This document shows, in pieces, positions 1 through 10,871 of a stretch of DNA of 44,909 nt (the first letter of the stretch is position 1; each line of letters starts with the position of its first letter). The DNA is taken from positions 1-44,909 of the forward strand of contig JAYWAO010000012.1 of the NCBI GenBank assembly GCA_043782365.1. Reading direction: 5' to 3'. Under the pieces are notes generated by a model. It was not told where the DNA came from. It did not search any database and worked only from the letters and a program-made list of their open reading frames with translations. Source of the DNA: Deltaproteobacteria bacterium (GTDB lineage Bacteria > Myxococcota > Myxococcia > Myxococcales > 40CM-4-68-19). The position numbers and the translations under genes are program-made.

Positions 1-52
1 CGAAGGGACGGTGCCGCCGGTGCCCAACAAGAGCTGCGGCGGCGGGAAGTAG
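1..52 (+). CDS. 3' end of an unidentified CDS cut by the window edge
   Basis: Frame 2..49 is open with G/C at almost every third position and ends at TAG 50..52 (..EGTVPPVPNKSCGGGK*). Too short for a function call. Confidence 0.25.
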   Translation, partial: EGTVPPVPNKSCGGGK

Positions 53-1597
53 CTACTCGTCGTCCCACTTCTCCGTGCCCGACTTGCCCTTGATGCCCTC
101 GCCCTTCTTCTTGGGCGCCGGCTTGTCCTCCACAGCGGGCCGCTCTGCCGGCGGCGCATCCGCGGCCTGCGCGGCGGGCTTCGCGGGGGCCTCGTCATTG
201 GGAACCGCGCCAGGCGCCGCCACCTTGCGCTCCTTGCTCACCACGCCTGTGTCCTCGGGCTCGGGCGCGCGCGGGGCCGAGCCCGGGACCACCGCGCGGC
301 GGGCGCCGTCGGCAGGCGCGGCCGGCGGCTGGGCGGCGGACTCTCCCGGGACCATGCCGCCGTAGGGCGTGGCCGCGGGGGCAGGGGCGGCCGACGCTGG
401 CGCAGCGCCAGGCGCAGCAGCCTGCGCGGCGCTCCGCTCGTCGTCGATGGCGATCAGCTTGCGGGCGGCGTGCTGCACGTCCACCTCGACCTGGTCGGAG
501 TCGGTGCCGTCGGCGGTCATCAGGAGGTCCTCCTTGCCGAGCAGCACGCGGGCCACGGGGTCGGCGAGGCCGAGCATCACCGAGATCTTCAGCCCGTGCG
601 CGCGCACCGAGCCGATCAGCACGCGCTCGAGGTGGAACCGGTCGGCCAGCCGCGCCGTGCGCTCTCCGGACTTGCCCCGCGAGGCCTCCTCGGCGGAGCC
701 GGCGATCAGCTGGTTCACCTGGCTGGCGCCCGGGGTGGCGTTGAGGCGGATCGAGTAGACCGTCTCGCGCCGCGAGGTCACCTCGACCAGCTCCGCGGTG
801 GGGTAGAAGCCCGTGCGCTCGAGCCGGACGATGTGCCTGCCGCCGGTCAGCTCCAGCCGGGCCGGGGCGACGCCGTGCGGGATGCCGTCGATGATCACCC
901 GCGCGCCCGCGGGCTGGGTCACCACCTGGAGGTCGCCGATCGGCACCGCCTCGAGGTCGGCGCGGGCCAGCTTGTACGGACCCTCGGCGGCGGGGTCTGC
1001 GGAGCTGGCGTGGAGCTTGGCCTGCGGGTCGAGCAGCGCGGCCTCCATGAACGAGGCGCGGGCACCTTTTTGATCGCCCGCGAGCAGCTGCGCGGTGGCG
1101 AGGCGCAGGGTGGCGTCGGCCAATTCGCGGCCCTCGAGCCCGGAGAGGCCCGCGTGCATCGCCTTGAGCGCGGTGCGGAACCGGGGCACCGCCTCGATGT
1201 AGCTGCGGCTCTCGAACTTCTGGTTCGCCTCGGCGAGCAGGCGGCGGCCCTCGCCGGCCTTGGACTCCTGCTCGGGCTCGGCGTCGGAGGCCAGCGCCTT
1301 GGCGAGGTCGATGACGTCGTACTGCTTGCTGCCCGCCAGCACCCTCTCGATGGCCGCGGCGACGCGCCCGGTGGCCGCGCGGGCCTTCTCGTCGAGCGGG
1401 ATGAGGAACGCCTGCGCCCGCCTGCGCCCGGCGCGGGTGCGGACCTGCGCGGCGGTGACGGCCTCGGGGCTGTCGGAGCCCGGGTGCTCGGAGTCGGGCA
1501 CTGGGTCGCCGCCCTCGTCCTGGGCTGCGGCCGGGAGGGAGGACAAGAGTAATACAGTGAGCGCGGCGAGCAGCACGGACGGGCGAGGTCGAGACAT
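53..1597 (-). CDS. Secreted PEGA-domain protein with a TPR-like helical region and a Pro/Ala-rich C-terminal tail
   Basis: ORF 53..1738(-) trimmed to the ATG at 1597, which begins a signal peptide (MSRPRPSVLLAALTVLLLSSLPAAAQ). PEGA-type segment LQVVTQPAGARVIIDGIPHGVAPARLELTGGRHIVRLERTGFYP. Strong GC3 bias. Confidence 0.8.
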   Translation of the reverse strand: MSRPRPSVLLAALTVLLLSSLPAAAQDEGGDPVPDSEHPGSDSPEAVTAAQVRTRAGRRRAQAFLIPLDEKARAATGRVAAAIERVLAGSKQYDVIDLAKALASDAEPEQESKAGEGRRLLAEANQKFESRSYIEAVPRFRTALKAMHAGLSGLEGRELADATLRLATAQLLAGDQKGARASFMEAALLDPQAKLHASSADPAAEGPYKLARADLEAVPIGDLQVVTQPAGARVIIDGIPHGVAPARLELTGGRHIVRLERTGFYPTAELVEVTSRRETVYSIRLNATPGASQVNQLIAGSAEEASRGKSGERTARLADRFHLERVLIGSVRAHGLKISVMLGLADPVARVLLGKEDLLMTADGTDSDQVEVDVQHAARKLIAIDDERSAAQAAAPGAAPASAAPAPAATPYGGMVPGESAAQPPAAPADGARRAVVPGSAPRAPEPEDTGVVSKERKVAAPGAVPNDEAPAKPAAQAADAPPAERPAVEDKPAPKKKGEGIKGKSGTEKWDDE

Positions 1598-1853
1598 TGC
1601 CCACCATCGTAGCCCGCTCTGGGGCTGGAGAGAATCGCCCTCGGTCTTTCGCCGGAGCGGGGCGTGCGCGGCCGGGCAGCGACGCAACGGGAAAGCCGGG
1701 AGCGGGAGCGGGGAAACGTCGATCGGTCGGAGTCCCAAGCCCGGCCTGCCCCCCGGATGCCCGAGGGCTGGAATCGCGCGGGCCTGCTAGGGGTAATGGG
1801 TCTCTGCGGAGTCCGACCAGTCTCCCGGGCGAGGCACAGTGCGAGGAAGCCCA

Positions 1854-4800
1854 ATGTCCAGCCGCGCCAGATGGCTCATTCCCCTCTTGTTCGCCGCCTC
1901 GGCCTCCGGGCCGATGGCCGCCCAGGACGAGCGCTACCGCGCGGTCCCCTCCCCGGCCGAAGGCAAGCGCGCCGCCGCCGGTGCGCGCGAGGGCCAGGGC
2001 GACGACGCCTGGGGCCGCCGCCAGTGGTTCCTCGAGCGGATGGGCGGCGAGCTCTCCGCCGAGTTCCAGCAGCGGCTCGTCCGCGAGGCCGAGAAGGAGC
2101 GCGCGCGCTTCCCGCACCTCTTCCCCGCGACTGGCCGGGGGGCCTACGCGCCGCTCGTCTCGGGGGCCTGGACCAGCCTGGGGCCGACCGGGTCCACCTT
2201 CACCGAGAACGGCACGGTGCTGCACAAGGTGGACAGCGGCCGCGCCCGCGTCATCCTGCCAGACCCCCTGGTGGCGGACACCGTCTACTACCTGACCGCG
2301 GGCGGCGGCCTCTGGAAGACCACCGACTTCACCACCAGCGCCACCTGGACCCCCGTCAGCGACGCGGTGGGCAGCACCGCCGGCGGCTCGGTGGCGTTCG
2401 GCCGCGCCTCCAGCGTGCTCTACCTGGGCGCGGGCGACCCCTTCGACAACGGCATCGGCGGGTTCGTTACCAAGAGCATCGACAGCGCCGGGACCTGGGG
2501 CGCCAAGGTCTTCCTCGGGGCCGCGACCCGCATCATCGACCTCAAGGTGGACACCTCGGTGGGCACCACCACCAGCGCGGACATCGTGCTGGCCGGGACC
2601 GACGTGGGCCTCTTCCGCAGCGCCGACGGCGGCGCGACGTTCACCGCGGTGGGCGGGACGGCGACCGCCGGCCTCTCGGTGTGGACCCTCGTCAAGACCA
2701 GCGCGGGCTGGCTCGCCTCGGTGCAGGATCAGACCAGCGGCGCGGGCAAGCTCCTCGTCTCCGCCGACAAGGGCGCCACCTGGAATCCGATCACCAACAC
2801 CGGCTCGGTCTTCAGCAACGCGGGCCGCGCCACCCTCGGGGTCGGCGCGCCGGGCGACGCCATCGTCTACTGCTTCGCCGCCAACTCCGGCGACGCCGCG
2901 CAGCTCGATCTGTTTCGCAGCACCAACGGAGGGCAGGCCTGGACCGCGCTGGGCCTCGCCCAGAAGACGCCGGGCTCGGCCGACGGCGACCAGAAGGACA
3001 TGAACCTGATGCGCAGCCAGGCCTTCTACAACCAGCTGCTCCTGGTGGACCCCACCGACGCCAGCCGCAACACCGTCTACCTCGGCGGCTCGCTCGCCTC
3101 GGCCAAGACCACCAACGGCGGCGCGAGCTGGACCATCCTCAGCGACTGGCTCGCCAAGGGGACCCGGCCCTACCTGCACGCCGACTTCCACGTCGGCGCG
3201 GTCACCAAGTCCGGCAGCACCACCCGCGTCTTCTTCGGCACCGACGGCGGCCTCTTCACCAGCACCGACGGCGGCACCACCTGGGACGACACCAAGAACA
3301 AGGGCCTCGTCACCCACCTCGTCTACTCGCTGGCGGTCCAGCCCGCGATCGCCGGCAGCGCGCTGATCGGCCTGCAGGACAACGGGACCCGCCTCCGCCA
3401 GGCCGCGCCCAGCCTGTTCTACGACCAGGTCCGCGGCGGCGACGGCTTCGGGGTGGGCTGGGCGCCAGCGTCGGGCGTGTCGCTCGCGTCTTACACTTAC
3501 AACATCATCCGCCGCTCGACGGTGAGCCCGCCGGCCGACCAGACCAACTTCTCCGGCTTCGTCAGCGGCCTCGCGGCCCAGGACGGGAACAACTTCTACT
3601 TCGTCACCCCGATGGCCACGCCCACCGCGCTCGCCGACCCCGCCGGGCAGGCCTTCTTCACCTATGGCCGCCTCGGCCAGATCTACCGCAGCACGGCGGC
3701 CGGCTGGACCCAGATCGGCGCCCCCGGCGTGGGCGGGATCAGCGCGGGCCGCACCATCCGCTCGGTCTCCCACGGGCTCGGCGTGCACCCCGCGGACCTC
3801 GCGCGCATCGCCGGCGCGGGCACCGGCGGCTATCTGTTCATCACCACCGACGGCGGAGCCTCCTGGACCGAGCGCTTCCTCGGCACCACCGGCAGCGACG
3901 GCGTCGCCGGCTGGCGCGGCTTCAACTCCAACGTCGCCTGGGCCACCGACAAGGTCCTCTACGCCGCCTCGGAGACGGTGGTCGCAGCCGGCGCCCACGT
4001 CGCCCGCTCCGCCGACGGCGGCGCCACCTGGGCGCGCGCGGACACGGGCCTGCCCGACGTCCCGGTGAGCAAGCTGGCGGTCGACCCGGGCGACGGCACC
4101 GGCGCCACCGTCTATGCGGCCACCTGGCTGGGCGTCTACCGGACCTCCGACGGCGGCGCCTCGTGGAGCCGCTTCGGCAGCGGCCTGCCGCAGGGCCGCG
4201 CGACCGACCTCTACATGGCCCCGGACAGCTCGTTCCTCCGCGTCGGGACCTGGGGCCGGGGCGTCTGGGAGATCGCCAGCGCGCCGGCCACGGGCAGCGT
4301 CAGCATCTCACCCAACGCGGTGGTCGTCTTCCCGGGCGACAAGCTCACCTTCACGGGCGCGGTCGCGGGCGGAGGCAGCGTCACCTGGACCGCCAGCGGC
4401 GGCGCCATCACGGCGGCGGGCGCGTACACGGCGAGCACCACCACCGGCAGCTACACCGCCACCGCCACCAGCGGGGCGAACAAGGCGATCGCAAACATCT
4501 TGGTAAACACACCGGCCCCGGTGGCCATCACAGGCCAGCCGGCCGGCGCCTTCGCCGCCGTCACCACCACCGCGTCGTTCGCCGTCAGCGCCACGGGCAG
4601 CGGCACCTTCGCGACGGGCTACGCGCTCACCTACCAGTGGAAGAAGGACGGCGTCGCTCTCCCGGGCGCCACCCTGGCGGCCTACACCACGCCCGCGCTC
4701 TCGCTGGCGGACAACGGCGCGGTCTTCACCTGCGACGTCACCGGGCAGACGGGCACCGTCGCCTCCAGCGGCGCCACGCTCACCGTGCAGCCGCTCGGCG

Positions 4801-5438
4801 CGGCCCAGAGCGGCAGCAGCAGCACGGTGACGTTTTTGCCCGACAACCCTGCGCCCGCCGTGGAGGTGCCGTTCACCATCTCCGGCGTCGCCGGCAAGGT
4901 GGGCGAGGTCACCGTCTCGATGTACATCACGCACACCTACATCGGCGACCAGCTGATCACGCTGGTCGCGCCCGACGGCAGCACGGTGGTGATCAGCGAC
5001 AACGCGGGCGGTGACGGGGTCAACCCTTCGCCCACCGGGGCCGCCTTCGGGACCTCTTGCGGCAACACCCTCGTGCTCGCGGACAAGGGCGCCGCCTCGA
5101 TCGACAAGCAGGTGGCCCCGCCGGCCATCGTCGGGACGTTCCGCCCGTCCTTCCCTCTCGGCGCGTTGACGGGCAAGGCCCCCAACGGCACCTGGAAGCT
5201 GCGCTTCCTCGACGCCGGCCCCGGCGACACGGGCAGCTTCCAGTGCGGCGTGGTCTCGGTGAAGCCGCTGGTCCCGTCGCTCGACCTCAACGTCGACGCC
5301 GCCACCGACGTCTACGACGTGCTCGAGTTCGTCCGGCACCATGGCGGCACCACCGGCCAGGACCTCGCCAAGGCCGACCTCAACACCGACGGCCTCGTCA
5401 ACGACGCCGACCTCACCCTGCTCAAGGCGGGCCTGTGA
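1854..5438 (+). CDS. Large secreted multidomain protein: BNR/Asp-box beta-propeller region, Ig-like domains, proprotein-convertase P-domain and a dockerin-like C-terminus
   Basis: ATG 1854 is preceded by GAGGAAG (1843-1849); an alternative GTG lies at 1839. Signal peptide MSSRARWLIPLLFAASASGPMAAQ. Eight Asp-box motifs (SADGGATF, SADKGATW, STNGGQAW, TTNGGASW, STDGGTTW, TTDGGASW, SADGGATW, TSDGGASW). Ig-like YQWKKDGVALPG..FTCDV. P-domain-like VTVSMYITHTYIGDQLITLVAPDGSTVVISDNAGG..GTWKLRFLD. C-terminal DLNTDGLVNDADLTLL. Confidence 0.85.
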   Translation: MSSRARWLIPLLFAASASGPMAAQDERYRAVPSPAEGKRAAAGAREGQGDDAWGRRQWFLERMGGELSAEFQQRLVREAEKERARFPHLFPATGRGAYAPLVSGAWTSLGPTGSTFTENGTVLHKVDSGRARVILPDPLVADTVYYLTAGGGLWKTTDFTTSATWTPVSDAVGSTAGGSVAFGRASSVLYLGAGDPFDNGIGGFVTKSIDSAGTWGAKVFLGAATRIIDLKVDTSVGTTTSADIVLAGTDVGLFRSADGGATFTAVGGTATAGLSVWTLVKTSAGWLASVQDQTSGAGKLLVSADKGATWNPITNTGSVFSNAGRATLGVGAPGDAIVYCFAANSGDAAQLDLFRSTNGGQAWTALGLAQKTPGSADGDQKDMNLMRSQAFYNQLLLVDPTDASRNTVYLGGSLASAKTTNGGASWTILSDWLAKGTRPYLHADFHVGAVTKSGSTTRVFFGTDGGLFTSTDGGTTWDDTKNKGLVTHLVYSLAVQPAIAGSALIGLQDNGTRLRQAAPSLFYDQVRGGDGFGVGWAPASGVSLASYTYNIIRRSTVSPPADQTNFSGFVSGLAAQDGNNFYFVTPMATPTALADPAGQAFFTYGRLGQIYRSTAAGWTQIGAPGVGGISAGRTIRSVSHGLGVHPADLARIAGAGTGGYLFITTDGGASWTERFLGTTGSDGVAGWRGFNSNVAWATDKVLYAASETVVAAGAHVARSADGGATWARADTGLPDVPVSKLAVDPGDGTGATVYAATWLGVYRTSDGGASWSRFGSGLPQGRATDLYMAPDSSFLRVGTWGRGVWEIASAPATGSVSISPNAVVVFPGDKLTFTGAVAGGGSVTWTASGGAITAAGAYTASTTTGSYTATATSGANKAIANILVNTPAPVAITGQPAGAFAAVTTTASFAVSATGSGTFATGYALTYQWKKDGVALPGATLAAYTTPALSLADNGAVFTCDVTGQTGTVASSGATLTVQPLGAAQSGSSSTVTFLPDNPAPAVEVPFTISGVAGKVGEVTVSMYITHTYIGDQLITLVAPDGSTVVISDNAGGDGVNPSPTGAAFGTSCGNTLVLADKGAASIDKQVAPPAIVGTFRPSFPLGALTGKAPNGTWKLRFLDAGPGDTGSFQCGVVSVKPLVPSLDLNVDAATDVYDVLEFVRHHGGTTGQDLAKADLNTDGLVNDADLTLLKAGL

Positions 5439-6520
5439 TCACCAGACTGAAGCGCCTCGCCCTGACCCGCGCCCTCCTCGCCGTGCTGGCCACCCTCGCC
5501 TGCGCGCTCCCGGCGTGCGGCAACGACCCGCCGCCCTTGACCCAGGAGATCGTGGTGGCGATCTCCCCGAGCACGGTGGCGCTGGTGCCGGGGGCGACGC
5601 GGCAGTTCACCGCCGCCGTCACCGGGACGGGCAACACCGCCGTCACTTATTCAGTGACCGAATCCAACGGCGGCAGCGTCACTGCCTCGGGGCTCTACAC
5701 CGCGCCCGCGGCGGCCGGGAGCTTCCACGTGGTGGCGGCCAGCGTCCAAGACCCCACCAGGAAGAGCACCGCGGTGGTGGTCGTGGTGCCACCGGGCGTG
5801 ACGATCACCCTCTCGCCGGCGAGCGCGTCGGTGCTGGTGGGGGCGACGCAGCAGTTCACCGCCACGGTCACGGGCAGCGCCAACACCGCCGTTACCTATT
5901 CGGTTACCGAAGCGAGCGGCGGGACCCTCACCGCGGGCGGCCTCTACACCGCGCCCGCGGCGGCCGGGACCTTCCACGTGGTGGCGACCAGCGCCGCCGA
6001 CACCTCCAAGACGGCCAGCGCCGTGGTCACGGTCACCGCGACGTCCGGCGCGGCCACCGCGCTCGCTTGGACCGATCCGGTGAGCGGCACCTACCAACTG
6101 AAGAAGAACGCCGGGCTGAGCACCGCGACGCACCTGGTGCTCGACCTCACCGGCGTCGGCGCGCCTGCCGGCAGCGGCCTCGCCTTCACGCTCAGCGCCG
6201 ACGCCGCCTTCGCCACCTGGACCAAGGTGGCAGCCGCGGACACCGAGCTGATCCAGAACGGCACGGTGCTCGCGCTGGGGACGGGCGTGCTGGCGCTCCG
6301 CGGCAAGGCGACCGGCGCGCTGCTGCAAGGGGTGACGGCGAAGAAGGGCCTCGGAGGCGCGGTCGCGCTCAACGGCGTGCTGGCCCGGGTGGCGCTCGAC
6401 TTGAAGGCCGGCGCCGCCAGGGGCGCGGTGGCGCTCGCGGCGACGAAGGCGCAGGTCCTGCTGGCCGACGGGTCCCTCTCGGCGGTGGGCATCGCGGCGG
6501 GCACGCTCACCGCGCAGTAG
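5435..6520 (+). CDS. Probable lipoprotein with two tandem bacterial Ig-like (Big_2) domains
   Basis: GTG 5435 overlaps the upstream TGA (GTGA), implying translational coupling. Signal peptide VITRLKRLALTRALLAVLATLACALPAC. Two near-duplicate segments fit the Big_2 pattern: ISPSTVALVPGATRQFTAAVTGTGNTAVTYSVTESNGGSVTASGLYTAPAAAGSFHVVA and LSPASASVLVGATQQFTATVTGSANTAVTYSVTEASGGTLTAGGLYTAPAAAGTFHVVA. Confidence 0.8.
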   Translation: MITRLKRLALTRALLAVLATLACALPACGNDPPPLTQEIVVAISPSTVALVPGATRQFTAAVTGTGNTAVTYSVTESNGGSVTASGLYTAPAAAGSFHVVAASVQDPTRKSTAVVVVVPPGVTITLSPASASVLVGATQQFTATVTGSANTAVTYSVTEASGGTLTAGGLYTAPAAAGTFHVVATSAADTSKTASAVVTVTATSGAATALAWTDPVSGTYQLKKNAGLSTATHLVLDLTGVGAPAGSGLAFTLSADAAFATWTKVAAADTELIQNGTVLALGTGVLALRGKATGALLQGVTAKKGLGGAVALNGVLARVALDLKAGAARGAVALAATKAQVLLADGSLSAVGIAAGTLTAQ

Positions 6521-6603
6521 GCCCGGCGCGAGCGCGGCGGGACCGGCAGCGCCGCGGCTCCTTCGAGGGGCTCCTCGGTGATCTCCCAAGCTGCCGCTCG
6601 GGG

Positions 6604-6996
6604 TCAGAACTTCTCGGTCCCGTCGGGCTCCTTGCGCTGCGCGTGGTTGTCCTGGTGCCGGCGGGCCGCCACCGCCTCGTAGATGGCCTTGCGCACGCGG
6701 TTCAGGCTGCCCCGCGGTCGCTGGTTGGGCAGCGTCCGCCACGGGTTGAACGAGAGGTCCTCGCAGAACTTGTTCTGCGCGGGCATGTCGAAGGTCTGCT
6801 GCGTGAAGGTCACCGTCGCCACCTTCACCGGCGGCGCCACCGCGCTCGTCCACTCCTTGGCGAAGTTCTCGATCGGCGTCTTCTTCTCGTCGATGAAGCG
6901 CTGCGCGAGGATGGCGAGGCAGGCGGGGCCGGCCTTGAGGTGGGCGGCGATGGCCGCGCGAAGGTCGTTCAACGCGACCTGGTGCGAGTCGCCCAA
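6604..6996 (-). pseudogene. Catalase-related (mini-catalase-like) C-terminal fragment; possibly a gene remnant
   Basis: 130-aa ORF with a TTG start. The segment FCEDLSFNPWRTLPNQRPRGSLNRVRKAIYEAVAARRH resembles, from memory, the proximal-Tyr region of catalase-related haem proteins, which are about 300 aa or longer. No N-terminal catalase core lies upstream. Same frame as CDS 7048..7506, separated only by TGA 7048-7050. Confidence 0.4.
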
Positions 6997-7047
6997 GGAG
7001 ATCTGACGCCGCCAGTCTTCACTGCGGTTCCCGCCGTCCAGCGCTGG

Positions 7048-7506
7048 TCAGGTCCAGAAGCGCCGCGCCGCCGCCAGCGCCTCGGCGTCGAAGTCGTCCG
7101 GTGCGAGGTGCGCGAGGAAGGCAGCGATCGCGGCCCGCTGCTCGGGGCTGAAGCCGGCCACACGCCCCTCGAAGGCAGCGCGCTCGGCCACCCCCGGCGG
7201 CGGTCGCAGCTCTTGGAGCGCGAAGAAGTCGAGGTCGGTGTCCGGCTCGAGCGCGCCCCGGAGCCAGGCTGGAAGGAAGTGACGGAACCCTTCGTCGCTG
7301 AAGAACGGCAGCGCGTCGTGGTGGTGCTGCGCGACCGCGACGGGCACGTCCCACCACGACTTGCCGGCGAAGGCAGCAGCCAGCTGCTGGCGCTCTTCGT
7401 GGCCAGGATGCCCGACGGGTGCGGGCGGAATCGGCTGCGGCGGCGGAGCGGTGCCGGCGAAGGCGTGCTCGAGGGTGCGCCGGAGCGCTGCGGTGGAGTG
7501 GGTCAT
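7048..7506 (-). CDS. Hypothetical cytoplasmic protein (no signal peptide), second gene of a small operon
   Basis: ORF 7048..7698(-) trimmed to the ATG at 7506 (MTHSTAALRR..), 17 nt downstream of the stop of the preceding gene. High GC3. Conserved-looking core SWWDVPVAVAQHHHDALPFFSDEGFRHFLPAWL. No family recognised with confidence. Confidence 0.6.
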   Translation of the reverse strand: MTHSTAALRRTLEHAFAGTAPPPQPIPPAPVGHPGHEERQQLAAAFAGKSWWDVPVAVAQHHHDALPFFSDEGFRHFLPAWLRGALEPDTDLDFFALQELRPPPGVAERAAFEGRVAGFSPEQRAAIAAFLAHLAPDDFDAEALAAARRFWT

Positions 7507-7523
7507 GGCGGCCTCGGGAGGTC

Positions 7524-7859
7524 CTACGGGCACGGCTTCTGGACGAGCTTCGCCTGGCAGAACGACTCGGCGGTGCGGGCGTTGGTGGCCGCGGTCTTGT
7601 GCCCGACGTCGCCGCCGCCGAAGCACTGGCTGTTGATCGCCTCGCGGGAGACAGCGCAGCGGATGGCCTTGGCCTTGTTGGCCTTGAGCACCACGCACGA
7701 CTGGCTGAGCTTGCAGGAGAAGGCGCCCGCTTGCTTGCAGGCCGCGTTCACTTCGCGCTGCAGGTTGCCGAGCTTGGGCTGCCGGCAGAGCGCGTCAGCG
7801 GCGCTGGAGAGCAGCAGAGCTGCGGCCAGAACCGAGAAGCTGAGGAGATGCTTGGACAC
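7524..7859 (-). CDS. Small secreted cysteine-rich protein (8 Cys in a mature part of about 90 aa)
   Basis: GTG at 7859 is preceded by GGAG with a 7-nt spacer. Signal peptide VSKHLLSFSVLAAALLLSSAADA. The mature part contains 8 Cys and the motif CFGGGDVGH. ORF 7524..7952(-) trimmed. Confidence 0.6.
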   Translation of the reverse strand: MSKHLLSFSVLAAALLLSSAADALCRQPKLGNLQREVNAACKQAGAFSCKLSQSCVVLKANKAKAIRCAVSREAINSQCFGGGDVGHKTAATNARTAESFCQAKLVQKPCP

Positions 7860-8051
7860 GAAGGACTCCGTTGACGGTGGGTTGGTGCTGCCGGACCAAT
7901 GTAGCCGCCCGCTGCGAGGGATGGCAGTGAACCTCGTCACAGGTCCCTTCACTCCGGCAACCGCGCGGGCCCGCTGTCAGACCCCCCGTGTAGGGTGCTC
8001 CATGCTTTCCGCTCTTGCCCCAGATCGCCAGATGCGCGATGAACGCCAGCC

Positions 8052-10868
<2,817 letters not shown>

Positions 10869-10871
10869 GAA

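Noticed and set aside
195-3998. Very long ORFs in the six-frame track, for example 195..3998(-) at 1267 aa, 1664..5014(+), 5341..8055(+), 7977..10052(-), 15883..18033(-), 24283..25980(+) and 28743..32201(-).
   Set aside because: They lie antisense to or out of frame with genes that have clear family motifs. Their products are Arg/Gly/Ala/Pro-rich low-complexity sequence. Stop codons are simply rare in DNA of about 70% GC, so these are artefacts.
7048-7050. TGA as a selenocysteine codon joining ORFs 7048..7506 and 6604..6996.
   Set aside because: I could fold no SECIS-like stem-loop in the 40 nt downstream, and neither part belongs to a known selenoprotein family. It is kept only as a readthrough or pseudogene question in the findings.
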